Origin: Acidimicrobiia bacterium
GTDB taxonomy: Bacteria; Actinomycetota; Acidimicrobiia; Spongiisociales; UBA11373
Assembly (NCBI GenBank): GCA_036478235.1
Contig: JAZGDZ010000040.1
Span: 80,670 to 144,669 of the forward strand
Length of the DNA: 64,000 nucleotides
Reading direction: 5' to 3'
The first letter of the stretch is position 1. Each line of letters starts with the position of its first letter. The notes under the pieces were generated by a model that had not been told where the DNA came from, ran no database searches, and saw only the letters and a program-made list of their open reading frames with translations. The translations under genes and the position numbers were made by a program. Below are positions 38,007 through 47,353 of the stretch, in pieces.

Positions 38007-38575
38007 GACGCTCGACCGACGGATTCGGCGTGGGCCAGGATTTGTGCTGCAGCCTCATCCGGCGCCATCGCAGTGATGTCGAGCGTCAGCGTGTTCGGGT
38101 GGCCCGGATCGTAGGGCGGACCGGCCGTCGCCAGACGGTGCGGCTCCTCGGGATCGGCGGACTTCATCCTTTTGCGGCGCTCGGATGAGACGATACGACG
38201 TGCGATCTCTTCGGGGTCACACAGCAGCCTGACGGGCACCACGATCGCCCCACGCGCCGACGCCAGCCGCTCCAGCCGGGGAACCCAGCCGGTGTCGGTG
38301 ACGCCGTCGAGGTAGGCGGTGAAGATGAGCTGCCACGAGGGCGGCGTGAACTCCTCGGCGGTTCGAATCACCGCATCGGCCACCTCCCCGACCCTCTCCC
38401 ATACGCCCTGCGGCAAGGGAGTGATCCCGTCCTGATCGATCAGTCCGAGGATCGGGTTGTTGATCCAGTGGTTGTCGACGACCCGCACCGTCTCACCGTC
38501 CGCTTCGAGCAGGTCGCGCAACGCCGTTCCCACGGTGAGCTTCCCCGTCCCGGGAAACCCCGTCAGGAGGAACAC
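37979..38575 (-). CDS. P-loop kinase-like ATPase (AAA_33 / chloramphenicol-phosphotransferase-like)
   Basis: 'MFLLTGFPGTGKLTVG' Walker A at the N-terminus. 198 aa. The C-terminal tail is encoded by the heptamer array. Confidence 0.55.
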   Translation of the reverse strand: MFLLTGFPGTGKLTVGTALRDLLEADGETVRVVDNHWINNPILGLIDQDGITPLPQGVWERVGEVADAVIRTAEEFTPPSWQLIFTAYLDGVTDTGWVPRLERLASARGAIVVPVRLLCDPEEIARRIVSSERRKRMKSADPEEPHRLATAGPPYDPGHPNTLTLDITAMAPDEAAAQILAHAESVGRASGQWPTANG

Positions 38576-38604
38576 ACCCGGACGCCTCGACCGGACACCC
38601 CCGG

Positions 38605-38632
38605 CTGGAGACTGGTGACTGGAGACTGGAGA
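38605..38632 (+). repeat. heptanucleotide array CTGGAGA/CTGGTGA/CTGGAGA/CTGGAGA
   Basis: Four units between the ATPase start (38575) and the aspartase-family stop (38636). Confidence 0.9.
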
Positions 38633-38635
38633 CTC

Positions 38636-40024
38636 CTATTCAGCTATCCCGCCCTCGGTCATCGGGTAGAGGTCGAGGGCACGATCGAGCTCGTCCTCGG
38701 GAAGCACCTCCATCTCCAGGGCCACCTCCCGCACTCCCCGACCGGTGGCAAAGGCCTCCTTGGCCACCTCGGCGGCCTTGTCGTACCCGATCTTCGGAGT
38801 GAGGGCGGTGATGATGATGATGTTCTTGGAGAGCAGCGCGGCGGCCCGCTCCTCGTTGGCCTCGATGCCCTCGACACACTTCTCCCGGAATGCGTCAGAG
38901 ACCGCACCGATCAGCTCCGCCGACTCGAGAAGGTTGTGGGCCAGCACCGGCATCATCACGTTGAGCTCGAAGTTGCCGCTGGCGTTCGACCAGGCGACGG
39001 CCGCGTCGTTGCCCACCACCTGGGCGGAAACCTGCATGACCGACTCCGCCATCACCGGGTTGACCTTGCCCGGCATGATCGACGACCCCGGCTGGGTAGC
39101 CGGAAGCGCCAACTCGCCGATCGCAGTGCGCGGACCCGAACCAAGCCAACGAATGTCGTTGGCAATCTTGAACAGTGCCGTCGCCACCGTCTTGAGCGCC
39201 CCGGATGCAAACACCGCGGCATCCTTGGCGCCCTGGGCCTCGAAGTGATCGTCGGCCTCGCGGAACGCGTAACCGGTTCGCTCGGCGATCTTGGCGATCG
39301 TGTCGCCGGCAAAGCCCTCGGGAGCGTTGATGCCGGTACCGACCGCGGTTCCGCCCAGCGCAAGCTCCTCGAGTCCTGGCAGCGTCGCCTCGATCCGCTC
39401 GATCCCCTTGCGCACTTGAGCGGCGTACCCGGCGAACTCCTGACCGAGCCGCACCGGGGTCGCATCCATCAGATGGGTTCGCCCCGACTTCACGATCCCG
39501 TCGAATTCCGAAGCCTTGGCCTCGAGCGCACCAGCGAGCCGGTCGAGCGCCGGGATCGTCGTCTCCCGCAGAGTGGCCACGGCAGCAACGTGAATCGCGG
39601 TAGGGATCACGTCGTTCGAAGACTGGCTGGCGTTGACGTGGTCGTTGGGGTGCACCAGCGTGTCGCCGCGCTTTCCGCCGAGCAGTTCCGTGGCCCGGTT
39701 GGCAATCACCTCGTTGGCGTTCATGTTGGAGGAGGTCCCCGACCCCGTCTGAAAGATATCGACCACGAACTGATCGTCGTGCACCCCTTCGATGACTTCC
39801 TCGGCGGCGCGGGCGATGGCGTCGGCCTGCTCCTGGGTCATGAGTCCGAGCCCGAAGTTGACGGTTGCGGCACTCCCCTTGATCAGCCCGAGTGCCTCGA
39901 TCATCCGTCGCTTGAACCGCAGGTCGGAGATCGGGAAGTTGTCCACGGCCCTCTGGGTGGAAGCTCCGTAGTAGGCGTCGTCCGGGACCTGGACCTCGCC
40001 CATCGAATCCTTCTCGGTCCTCAT
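38636..40024 (-). CDS. aspartate ammonia-lyase / class II fumarase family (aspartase-like signature)
   Basis: ATG 40024 after 'AAGGAA'. 'MRTEKDSMGEVQVPDDAYYGASTQRA', signature 'GSSIMPGKVNPVMAE'. The PV..E after KVNP resembles aspartases more than FumC. Assignment is tentative. Confidence 0.85.
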   Translation of the reverse strand: MRTEKDSMGEVQVPDDAYYGASTQRAVDNFPISDLRFKRRMIEALGLIKGSAATVNFGLGLMTQEQADAIARAAEEVIEGVHDDQFVVDIFQTGSGTSSNMNANEVIANRATELLGGKRGDTLVHPNDHVNASQSSNDVIPTAIHVAAVATLRETTIPALDRLAGALEAKASEFDGIVKSGRTHLMDATPVRLGQEFAGYAAQVRKGIERIEATLPGLEELALGGTAVGTGINAPEGFAGDTIAKIAERTGYAFREADDHFEAQGAKDAAVFASGALKTVATALFKIANDIRWLGSGPRTAIGELALPATQPGSSIMPGKVNPVMAESVMQVSAQVVGNDAAVAWSNASGNFELNVMMPVLAHNLLESAELIGAVSDAFREKCVEGIEANEERAAALLSKNIIIITALTPKIGYDKAAEVAKEAFATGRGVREVALEMEVLPEDELDRALDLYPMTEGGIAE

Positions 40025-40049
40025 GGATGTTCCTTTCAGGCCTCGGCGG

Positions 40050-40808
40050 TTACCCGCCAAGCGTAGGCAGTCGATCGAGGGCGTCCACCAGGGTCGATAG
40101 ATAGGTGTCGTACTGGTCGTCGTCCCGGTGGAAGGAATGAGAGGAGTTGGAGATGACCACGTACTCGATCCAGGGCGACTCGGCCAGCCACTCGCCGAAC
40201 GTGACGGGGAGGATTCCGCCGGCGACCGGGTCCGAGCCGATGATCACCGTCGGTACCTCGAGAGCGTTCGCCTCCTCGAGCACCATCCAGTTCCAGTTCG
40301 ACTCGGTCGTCGATCTCACGATCTCGGCACTCGAACGGTGCAGCGCCTCCACCTTGGCTGCGACGTCTTCGGGATGCCAGCGAGGATTGGCGGCGGCGAT
40401 CCGATCGGGGTCGAGGCCCAATTCGTACTCCTCGAGCAGCCAGCCGAGCACCTCCGACATCGGCTCAGGAAGCATCAACGCCGGGTCCTGGAGCACCAGC
40501 CCGGCCGTCCACCTCGGCTCCTCGGTTGCCGCCAAGACCGAGATCGTCCCGCCCATCGAGTGCCCCAAGACCGCGTCCCAGCCGGTTCCCAGGGCGAGGA
40601 CATCGGCGACGTGCTCGGCGAACAAGTAGGAACCCGGCTTGGGGCTGTCACCGTGGCCGCGCAGGTCGGTCGCCACCACCTCCCAGCCGCGCTCTGCGAG
40701 ATCCGGTCCGACCCGCCACCAACCAGCGGCGTTTGCGGTGATGCCGTGCAGCAGCAGGATGCGACGAGCGCCGCTGCCCCAACCGATCGTGTGTAGCGGA
40801 ACCGGCAC
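40050..40808 (-). CDS. alpha/beta hydrolase
   Basis: GTG 40808 after 'TAGGAGCCCCA'. 'LLLHGITANAAGW', nucleophile 'GHSMGG', 'SHSFH'. The upstream 213 codons of the 465-aa ORF are out-of-frame shadow of sufC copy 2. Confidence 0.75.
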   Translation of the reverse strand: MPVPLHTIGWGSGARRILLLHGITANAAGWWRVGPDLAERGWEVVATDLRGHGDSPKPGSYLFAEHVADVLALGTGWDAVLGHSMGGTISVLAATEEPRWTAGLVLQDPALMLPEPMSEVLGWLLEEYELGLDPDRIAAANPRWHPEDVAAKVEALHRSSAEIVRSTTESNWNWMVLEEANALEVPTVIIGSDPVAGGILPVTFGEWLAESPWIEYVVISNSSHSFHRDDDQYDTYLSTLVDALDRLPTLGG

Positions 40809-40816
40809 TGGGGCTC

Positions 40817-41584
40817 CTAAAGCCCGTCGAGGAACGACTCGGAGACGACCGGTTCCTGTGGGGCGCGGTGCTCTTTGATCAGCCGGTCGTACCCCGACTC
40901 CTCCAACTCCTCGGCGAGCTCGCTCTCCCCGGACTGGACAATCCGTCCGCCGACCATGACGTGGATCCTGTCGATGCTCAGGTAGCGCAGGATCCGGCTG
41001 TAGTGGGTGATCACCAGCACCCCCCGGCCGGGACCGCGCATCGCCTCCACCAACTCGGCGACCTCTCGCACCGCGTCGATGTCGAGTCCGGAGTCGATCT
41101 CGTCGAGGATCGCGATCTTCGGCCCCACGGCGCTCAGCTGGAGCATCTCGGAGCGCTTCTTCTCCCCTCCGGACAGGCCCGCGTTCACCGGCCTCTCCAG
41201 GAAGCGCTGCATGTCGAGGGCCGACGCCGCGGCGTCCGCCCGCTCCGTGATCTCGGACCCGCCGACCGCCGCCATCTCCTCGAGAAGCTCGCGCAGGGTG
41301 ACCCCCGGTATGTCCACCGGGTACTGGAAGCCCTCGAAGAGTCCCAGGCCGGCGCGCTCGTCGACGGGGAGTCCCAGCACGTCGGTGCCGTCCACCTCCG
41401 CGGAGCCCTCTGCCTCGTATCCGGGCTTGCCCATCAGCACGTGGCACAACGTCGATTTACCGGAGCCGTTCGGACCCATGAGAGCATGAATCTCGCCGAA
41501 CGGGACCTCCAGGTCGACACCGCGCAGGATGCGGAGATCGCCCAGCCTTGCCTCGAGTCGTTGAACCCGAAGAGCGGCCTTCAC
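40817..41584 (-). CDS. sufC: SufC-type ABC ATPase (copy 2, divergent paralog)
   Basis: GTG 41584 (GTGA overlap with the Rieske gene). 'GEIHALMGPNGSGKSTL', 'FEGFQYPVDIPGV', 'LSGGEKKRSEMLQL', 'ILDEIDSGLDIDAV', 'ITHYSR'. By eye only roughly half its residues match copy 1. Confidence 0.85.
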   Translation of the reverse strand: MKAALRVQRLEARLGDLRILRGVDLEVPFGEIHALMGPNGSGKSTLCHVLMGKPGYEAEGSAEVDGTDVLGLPVDERAGLGLFEGFQYPVDIPGVTLRELLEEMAAVGGSEITERADAAASALDMQRFLERPVNAGLSGGEKKRSEMLQLSAVGPKIAILDEIDSGLDIDAVREVAELVEAMRGPGRGVLVITHYSRILRYLSIDRIHVMVGGRIVQSGESELAEELEESGYDRLIKEHRAPQEPVVSESFLDGL

Positions 41585-41916
41585 CGGTCCGACTCCTCGA
41601 TCGCCTCTACGGTCACGAAGACGTCGGAGCCGTCCACCTCCACCTCGTACACCCCGACGGGTCTCGTCGCCGGCAGCGATGCCGGCTCGCCGGTGCGGAT
41701 GTCGAACTCGGAACCGTGGCGCGGGCACTCCACGGCGTCATCGAAGACCTCACCCTCGGCCAGCGACGCCTCGGCATGACTGCAGCGGTCGCCGATCGCA
41801 AAGACACCATCTCCCAGACGGAAGAGGGCGATGCTATGACCGGCGACATCCACTCGATGACCTCGACCCTCGGGGAGCTGGTCGATCGTGGCCACACGGC
41901 GCCGCTCAATTTTCAT
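41581..41916 (-). CDS. Rieske [2Fe-2S] ferredoxin-type protein (suf-associated)
   Basis: 111 aa with 'CSHAEASLAEGEV...CPRHGSEFD'. Sits between sufD and sufC as in Streptomyces-type suf operons. Confidence 0.85.
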   Translation of the reverse strand: MKIERRRVATIDQLPEGRGHRVDVAGHSIALFRLGDGVFAIGDRCSHAEASLAEGEVFDDAVECPRHGSEFDIRTGEPASLPATRPVGVYEVEVDGSDVFVTVEAIEESDR

Positions 41917-43148
41917 GCGACCACTTCGTCGTACTTGGCCATGGCGGCCGCCCGCAGTATCGGCACGAGCTCCTGGCGGGGAAATCGCAGCAGCGCTTCC
42001 TGGAAGAACCCGAGCACCTGCAGCCGGTCGGCTCGCGGCTCGGGGAGACCGCGGCTCATCAGGTAGTAACGCTGCTCCTCGTCCAGCGGGCCGACTGCCG
42101 AGCCATGACCGCAGCGCACGTCGTTGGCGAGGATCTCCAGGTTGGGAACGGAGTGGGCCTCGGCGTCGTCCGACAGCACGAGGTTGCGGTTGGTCTGGTG
42201 AGCGTTGCTGCCCTGCCCTTCGGGCTCGATCCTGATCAGCCCGGTGAAAACCGACCTGGCATCGCCGGCGACCGCACCCTTCAAGAACATCTCGGACGTC
42301 GTGTCGGGGCCCTGGTGATTCATGAAGTAGCGGTAGTCGAGCGTTTGCTCGGCATCACCGAAATAGACACCGAGAATCCTCGCACCGGAACCCCTTCCGG
42401 CGAGGTCGACGGTGAGGTGCAGCCGGGAGAAGGCCCCGCCGAGACCGGCCTCGGCGAGTTCGACGAAACCATCACGCCCGGCTCCCAGGTGATGTCTGCC
42501 GACGGCGACCGTTGCATCGCCCCAGGTCTGGACGACGGTCACCGACACCCGTGCAGCCCGGCCGGCGACCACGGCGATGTCGGGGAGGACCAGCGCGGCT
42601 AGATCGTCGGCCGATCGCTGCTCGACCACCACGGAGAGCGCCGAAGCCTCGGCAGCAGATACCAGAAGCCGGGGAACGCTCACCGAGTCCGGTGTGGCAA
42701 CCTCCATCGACACGAACAGGGGCTGTTCGACCACGTCTCCCTTCGCCGCAAATGCCACAACGCCCGAGCCGCCAAAGGCGGCGGCGGCGGCGGCGAACCG
42801 ATCCGCAGGCGCCCTCAACTCGAATGCCTCGGCCTCGCCTGCCTCCGCCAGCAGTGCGAGGTTCGGCCCCGCGATTCCGGTCACATGACCATCCACGATG
42901 TCGGCTCGGCCCGCCAGGTCGCCGAACGCGGACTCGACTGCGCTCGGAGTCGCAACCGCTCCCGGGGCCTCGGGGATGGCGAACTGCGACGGCTCCTCGG
43001 GGATCTCCACGTACCGCCAATCCTCCTGAGAAGGATCCGGCATCGGCATCGATTCGAACGCCGAATACGCCTCCTCTGCCGCTCGGCGCAAGGGTGAGGG
43101 CAGGCCGCCGGTCAGCAGTCGGTGGGTGAATTGATCGAGTGCGAGCAC
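41913..43148 (-). CDS. sufD: Fe-S cluster assembly protein SufD
   Basis: 'FLKGAVAGDARSVFTGLIRI', 'NRNLVLSDDAEAHSVPNLEILANDVRCGHGSAVGPLDEEQRYYLMSRG'. The start is set at GTG 43148 without a clear SD, so it is uncertain. Confidence 0.8.
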   Translation of the reverse strand: MLALDQFTHRLLTGGLPSPLRRAAEEAYSAFESMPMPDPSQEDWRYVEIPEEPSQFAIPEAPGAVATPSAVESAFGDLAGRADIVDGHVTGIAGPNLALLAEAGEAEAFELRAPADRFAAAAAAFGGSGVVAFAAKGDVVEQPLFVSMEVATPDSVSVPRLLVSAAEASALSVVVEQRSADDLAALVLPDIAVVAGRAARVSVTVVQTWGDATVAVGRHHLGAGRDGFVELAEAGLGGAFSRLHLTVDLAGRGSGARILGVYFGDAEQTLDYRYFMNHQGPDTTSEMFLKGAVAGDARSVFTGLIRIEPEGQGSNAHQTNRNLVLSDDAEAHSVPNLEILANDVRCGHGSAVGPLDEEQRYYLMSRGLPEPRADRLQVLGFFQEALLRFPRQELVPILRAAAMAKYDEVVA

Positions 43149-43201
43149 GGTGTCGGGTATCCGTCGATTTGGCTTGCGGGACTCTATTGACGGGGGTGGT
43201 G

Positions 43202-43885
43202 CTATCCAACACCCAGCAGTTCGCAGGCCCGGGCGAATACCGAGTCGAACATGGCCTCGGTGAGCCGGCCCGTGAACGTGTTCTGCTGGCTGGGGTGATA
43301 GCAGCCGATCAGGACGGCGCCCGACGTGGCCGACTCGGACCCGTGACCGAAGCGGGGCCGGGGACGGATCACCGTCACACCCCGAGACTCCAGGGCGCGA
43401 TGCATTGCCGCCCACGCAAACCCTCCGAGACAGACGATGACCTCCACTCGCTCCAACAGCGCCAGCTCCCTGTCCAGCCAGGGGGAGCAGCGGTCCCGCT
43501 CCGCCGAAGTCGGCCTGTTGTCGGGCGGGGCGCAGCGGACCGGGGCCGTGATCCAGGCGTCGCTGAGCCGCATCCCGTCGTCGCGGGCCTCCGACTCGGG
43601 CTGCGAGGCGAAGCCCGCCCGATGCAGCGCCCTGTACAGCCAATCCCCGGACCGGTCGCCGGTGAACATTCGGCCCGTCCGGTTGGCCCCGTGGGCCGCC
43701 GGGGCCAGCCCGACGACGAGCAGCCGGGCCTCGGGGTCGCCGAATCCGGGGACCGGCCTCCCCCAGTATTCCTCGTCCGAATAGGAGGCCCGCTTCTCGC
43801 AAGCCACCCGCTCCCGCCACTCCACGAGCCGCGGGCACTTGCGGCACCCGTAGATCTCGTCGGCGAGCAGCTCGAGGCGGGACAC
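43202..43885 (-). CDS. udgB: uracil-DNA glycosylase, family 5 (UdgB-like)
   Basis: '[12 protein letters not shown]', '[30 protein letters not shown]', 'GCYHPSQQN'. Confidence 0.8.
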   Translation of the reverse strand: MSRLELLADEIYGCRKCPRLVEWRERVACEKRASYSDEEYWGRPVPGFGDPEARLLVVGLAPAAHGANRTGRMFTGDRSGDWLYRALHRAGFASQPESEARDDGMRLSDAWITAPVRCAPPDNRPTSAERDRCSPWLDRELALLERVEVIVCLGGFAWAAMHRALESRGVTVIRPRPRFGHGSESATSGAVLIGCYHPSQQNTFTGRLTEAMFDSVFARACELLGVG

Positions 43886-44063
43886 GACCCGACCCTAGAG
43901 GTGCGACGCACCACTAGGCCTGTGGAGTACTCGACCAAAGACTTGTGGACAACTCTCCACAGGCGGTGCACAGAACACCCGAATAGCCCTTGGCCCAGGG
44001 GTTTGATGGCGTCCGCGTTCTCCACAGGAGCTGTGGACACCCTTTGCGGCGAACCTGACCCGG

Positions 44064-45041
44064 GTGATACGGTGCTCGCCCGCCACCGGGACGAAAGGGG
44101 GTGCGCGGGTGGTCAAGCGCTTGCGGGATGCTCCACCGCTGTCCGACAGCGTCGGCCTGTATCTCGACTCGGTGGCCGAGCACGGATTGCTGACCGCCGA
44201 GGACGAGGTTCGCCTCGCCAGGGCCATGGAAGCGGGCCACAAGGCGCAGCGGAAGCTCGACGACAGCGGACGCCTCACCCCGACCGAACGCGCCAAGCTC
44301 TTCAGGGCGATCCATCAGGCCGACGAGGCCAAGGCGGATTTCATCCGTTCGAACCTCCGGCTCGTGATCTCCATCGCCAAGCGATACTCGGGGCGCGGCC
44401 TCGACCTGCTCGACCTCGTCCAGGAGGGCAACCTCGGCCTGATCAGAGCGGTCGAGAAGTTCGACTGGCGCAAAGGCTTCAAGTTCTCCACCTATGCGAC
44501 GTGGTGGATCCGCCAGGCGATCACCCGGGGCCTGGGCAACCAGGGCCGCACGATCAGGCTTCCGGTGCACATGGTCGACGTAGTTCGCACCGTTCAGGAG
44601 ACCGCGCTGACGCTGGCCGAGAAGCTGCGCCGCCGACCCACCTTCGAGGAGATCTCCCGCGCCAGCGGATTGGACGCGGAACGGGTGGAGTTGGCACTCA
44701 CGGCGCCGGCGGACACGGTCTCACTGGACAGGCCGGTCGGCTTTGAAGGCGACGCACACCTCGGCGACTTCGTCGAAGACGCCGACGCCCCCGACCCGTT
44801 CGACTTGGCCGCCGAGGCGTCCGCCCGCCGCCACCTGGAGCAGGCGATGTGCCTGCTCGATGACCGTGAGCGCGAGATCATCATCCTCCGCTACGGCCTC
44901 GACGGCACCAGCCCGCGGACCCTGTCGGACGTGGGGGACCGCTTCGATCTGACGCGGGAACGGATTCGCCAGATCGAGGGTCGAGCATTGGCCAAGCTAC
45001 GGCACCCGTCGTGCGGGTTCGATCTGGAGAGTCTTCTCTGA
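44064..45041 (+). CDS. RNA polymerase sigma-70 factor, principal-like group 2
   Basis: Regions 1.2-4 present: 'DSVGLYLDSVAEHGLLTAEDE', 'LDLVQEGNLGLIRAVEKFD', 'FSTYATWWIRQAITR', 'LSDVGDRFDLTRERIRQIE'. Exact start not verified. Confidence 0.9.
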   Translation: MIRCSPATGTKGGARVVKRLRDAPPLSDSVGLYLDSVAEHGLLTAEDEVRLARAMEAGHKAQRKLDDSGRLTPTERAKLFRAIHQADEAKADFIRSNLRLVISIAKRYSGRGLDLLDLVQEGNLGLIRAVEKFDWRKGFKFSTYATWWIRQAITRGLGNQGRTIRLPVHMVDVVRTVQETALTLAEKLRRRPTFEEISRASGLDAERVELALTAPADTVSLDRPVGFEGDAHLGDFVEDADAPDPFDLAAEASARRHLEQAMCLLDDREREIIILRYGLDGTSPRTLSDVGDRFDLTRERIRQIEGRALAKLRHPSCGFDLESLL

Positions 45042-45058
45042 CGGCAGAGCCGTCAGAG
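45036..45058 (+). terminator. hairpin overlapping the sigma-factor stop codon
   Basis: 'CTCTGACGG-cagag-CCGTCAGAG', a 9-bp perfect stem, immediately followed by a heptamer array. Confidence 0.55.
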
Positions 45059-45059
45059 G

Positions 45060-45094
45060 TTATCCGTTATCCGTTATCGGTTATCCGTTGTCCG
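45060..45094 (+). repeat. heptanucleotide array TTATCCG x2 / TTATCGG / TTATCCG / TTGTCCG
   Basis: Five units. Complementary 'AACGGACAA' segments occur downstream at 45121-45129 and 45198-45206. Confidence 0.9.
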
Positions 45095-45224
45095 TCTGGA
45101 CGAGGATTGCGCCTACGGGGAACGGACAACTCGAGCACACCCCAGGGGCCGATGTCGGTCAAACGCGTCACAACGCCGCAGCAGGACGCCCGCTGAGAAC
45201 GGACAACGGCTCCGCAGGAGCCTC

Positions 45225-45744
45225 TCAGAGTTCGAACAACCGCGGCGTCGTCCCCTCCAGCCCGCGCAGGAAGTCGTAGTCGACCTCGACGCAACCGATC
45301 CCTCGATCCGCCGCCAGGATCCCTCGCCTGGGGTGTGATCGACTGGGCGGCGAGAATTCCCCGCACCGGAGCCAACGCCGAGTCCTTGTTGAGGAACTCC
45401 AGGTATCTGGTTAGCTGCTCGACCCCGGTCAACTCCCCTTTCCTCTTGATCTCGACGGCGACCACCTGGCCCCCCGAGTCCCGGCACAGCAGGTCGACGG
45501 GTCCGAGGTCGGTCATGTACTCGCGTTCGAGCATCTCCAGACCCTCCTCGATCGTCGCCGGGCGCTCGGCCAGGAGCGCCTGAAGGGTCTTCTCCACCCC
45601 ATCCTTGGAAAGCCCCGGATCGTCGCCCAGATCGTGGGTGATGTCGGACAACACCTCTTCCACGTGGATGGTGAGGGTCTCGCCTTTCTGGTTGGTCACC
45701 ACCCACTCGTGTTCGGACTCGACGAGGTGGTTGGGGGCGTTCAT
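45225..45744 (-). pseudogene. nucS: nucS (EndoMS) 3' portion: codons ~50-221, separated from its 5' end by the island and carrying a +1 frameshift
   Basis: '[16 protein letters not shown]...[61 protein letters not shown]'. Removing one C from the CCC run at 45321-45323 continues '[31 protein letters not shown]' (stop 45225-45227), the canonical NucS C-terminus. As assembled, the frame reads '[10 protein letters not shown]...' instead. Confidence 0.85.
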
Positions 45745-45755
45745 CCAATTGAAAG
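45739..45755. repeat. island junction 1 (att core region)
   Basis: 'gttcatCCAattgaaag' matches 54897-54913 'attcaaCCAgttgaggg' at 12 of 17 positions. The shared CCA is the nucS Trp49 codon on the minus strand. Confidence 0.75.
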
Positions 45756-45807
45756 CACTTTAAGTATACAATGGTTCTCGACGGCCAACCGGGGAAGGAG
45801 GCAACGG

Positions 45808-47319
45808 ATGAAGGTGGCCCTGTACCTCAGGATCTCGACCGAGGGCGAGGACGCCCACTCACTCGATAACCACGAGAAGGACCTACGTGCCTGGGCGGCC
45901 GAGGAGGGCTGGACGGTCGTCGAGTCCTACCGCGAGCAGAAGTCGGCCAAGCTCGGCTCGGAGCGACTCGTCCTCGAGGCGGCGGTGCAGGACGCCGAGG
46001 CGGGTAACTACGAGGGACTGCTGGTGTGGGCGGTCGACCGGTTCGGCCGGGGGCTCGACTCGGCGACGGCGTGGGTCCGGTTGCAACAGGCCGAGGTGGA
46101 CGTCTACGACCGATCCGAGAAGCGCCCACTGACCGAGGTCGAGTTCGCCGGTGCACTGTTCGCCTCCATCAGCGAGCGGAAGAAGAGCACGACACGGATG
46201 CGCCTCGGCCGGCAGGCCAAGGCTGAGGCCGGAAGGTGGCCGGGTGGGCACTTCCCGTTCGGCGTCGTGACCGACGACGACAACGTGCTCATCGAGAATC
46301 CGTCCCAGGCCGACGAGCTGCGGTCGATGGCGCAGGCCATCCTCACGGGACAATCGCCCGCACAGGTGGCGGGCGACCTCGATGCGCGAGGCGTCCGGTC
46401 GTCCACACGAGGAGGCCGCTGGTCGCCGGGCCGGGTCCGGCGCCTCCTCCGGCAGCCTCGGCTCAGCGAGGGGTACACGGAGTTTTGGGACGTGCGCCTC
46501 CCCCATCCGGTCATCCTCGACCCCGGACTGCACCAGCGCGTGCTCGACCGGCTGGACGCCAACCGGTTGAAGTTCACCCGTGTCCGGACCGGACCCAACC
46601 CGTATCCGCTGACCGGCCGGATCACCGATCCCGAGGGTCATCCCTGGACCGGACTCCCTCGTCGCTACAAGGGCAGGGTCATCCGGTACTACCGGTGCTC
46701 CCACTACCTGACGGACCCGGCGTGCGGCTGGCGGACGGCGCGGCTCATCCGGGCCGAGGAGGTCGAGGACGCCGTGTGGGACCAGCTGATGTACGTCCTG
46801 GGCGGAGGCAGCGCCGATGACCGGCCGCCGGGCGAGCGACGGTTCGCCCACTTGCACGAGGCGATCGTCGCCGAGATGACGAAGGTCGAGGCTCCCTCGG
46901 ACCAGACGGTCAAGGCCAAGGCGAAGGAGGTCCGGCGCCTCGAGGACGCACTGGCCGACGCGGACGTCGAGCGCCGGGTGTCGGACGACCCGGGCCGGGT
47001 GAGCAAGGCGGACAGGAAGCTCGAACAGCGGCTGGCGAACGCACGGCAGAAGCTGCGCGACCTGGAGGCGCTGAAGGCGATGGCCGACGAGGAACGATCC
47101 GTCTGGGAGGCGGTCGAGGAAGCGGCCCAGCGGGTCACCGCCCTCCGGGACGAGACCGACCCGGTGGCAAGGGGTCGCGTGTTCGCCGAGCTGGACATCA
47201 GCGTCCGACTTGATGAGCCCACGGTCTGGGAGGGGGCCGACTACGACGAGGGCCGGTATGGCATCCGGCTGAACGGCCGACTGGGCGAGGTCCCGTGGGA
47301 GTCGATGCGGCGGGGCTGA
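45808..47319 (+). CDS. large serine recombinase (integrase)
   Basis: ATG 45808 after 'GGAAGGAGG'. Resolvase domain 'MKVALYLRISTEGED...LLVWAVDRFGR', recombinase domain 'RWSPGRVRRLLRQPRLSEGY', Zn ribbon 'YYRCSHYLTDPACGW', coiled-coil C-terminus. 503 aa. Confidence 0.9.
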   Translation: MKVALYLRISTEGEDAHSLDNHEKDLRAWAAEEGWTVVESYREQKSAKLGSERLVLEAAVQDAEAGNYEGLLVWAVDRFGRGLDSATAWVRLQQAEVDVYDRSEKRPLTEVEFAGALFASISERKKSTTRMRLGRQAKAEAGRWPGGHFPFGVVTDDDNVLIENPSQADELRSMAQAILTGQSPAQVAGDLDARGVRSSTRGGRWSPGRVRRLLRQPRLSEGYTEFWDVRLPHPVILDPGLHQRVLDRLDANRLKFTRVRTGPNPYPLTGRITDPEGHPWTGLPRRYKGRVIRYYRCSHYLTDPACGWRTARLIRAEEVEDAVWDQLMYVLGGGSADDRPPGERRFAHLHEAIVAEMTKVEAPSDQTVKAKAKEVRRLEDALADADVERRVSDDPGRVSKADRKLEQRLANARQKLRDLEALKAMADEERSVWEAVEEAAQRVTALRDETDPVARGRVFAELDISVRLDEPTVWEGADYDEGRYGIRLNGRLGEVPWESMRRG

Positions 47320-47353
47320 CCCTTACTTCCGCGTTCTGGGACCCTCTCCGTAG

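Noticed and set aside
38468-40066. 532-aa plus-strand ORF
   Set aside because: It is antisense to the aspartase/fumarase-family gene (GSSIMPGKVNP signature on the minus strand) and has shadow-ORF composition.
43139-44746. 535-aa plus-strand ORF spanning udgB and the sigma-factor gene
   Set aside because: It runs antisense through udgB and out of frame through the sigma gene. It is Arg/Pro/Gly-rich with no domain.
45067-45224. C-terminal 53 residues of the 225-aa 'NucS' ORF as given in the track
   Set aside because: This is read-through in the wrong frame after the frameshift. It crosses the heptamer array, whereas the corrected frame ends at 45225 with a canonical NucS C-terminus.
45745-45807. 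Canonical sigma-70 promoter in the AT-rich 63-bp spacer between nucS' and the recombinase gene
   Set aside because: TTGAAA and TACAAT/TATACT-like hexamers are present, but the spacers are 12-14 nt, not ~17. I cannot support a promoter call from sequence alone.
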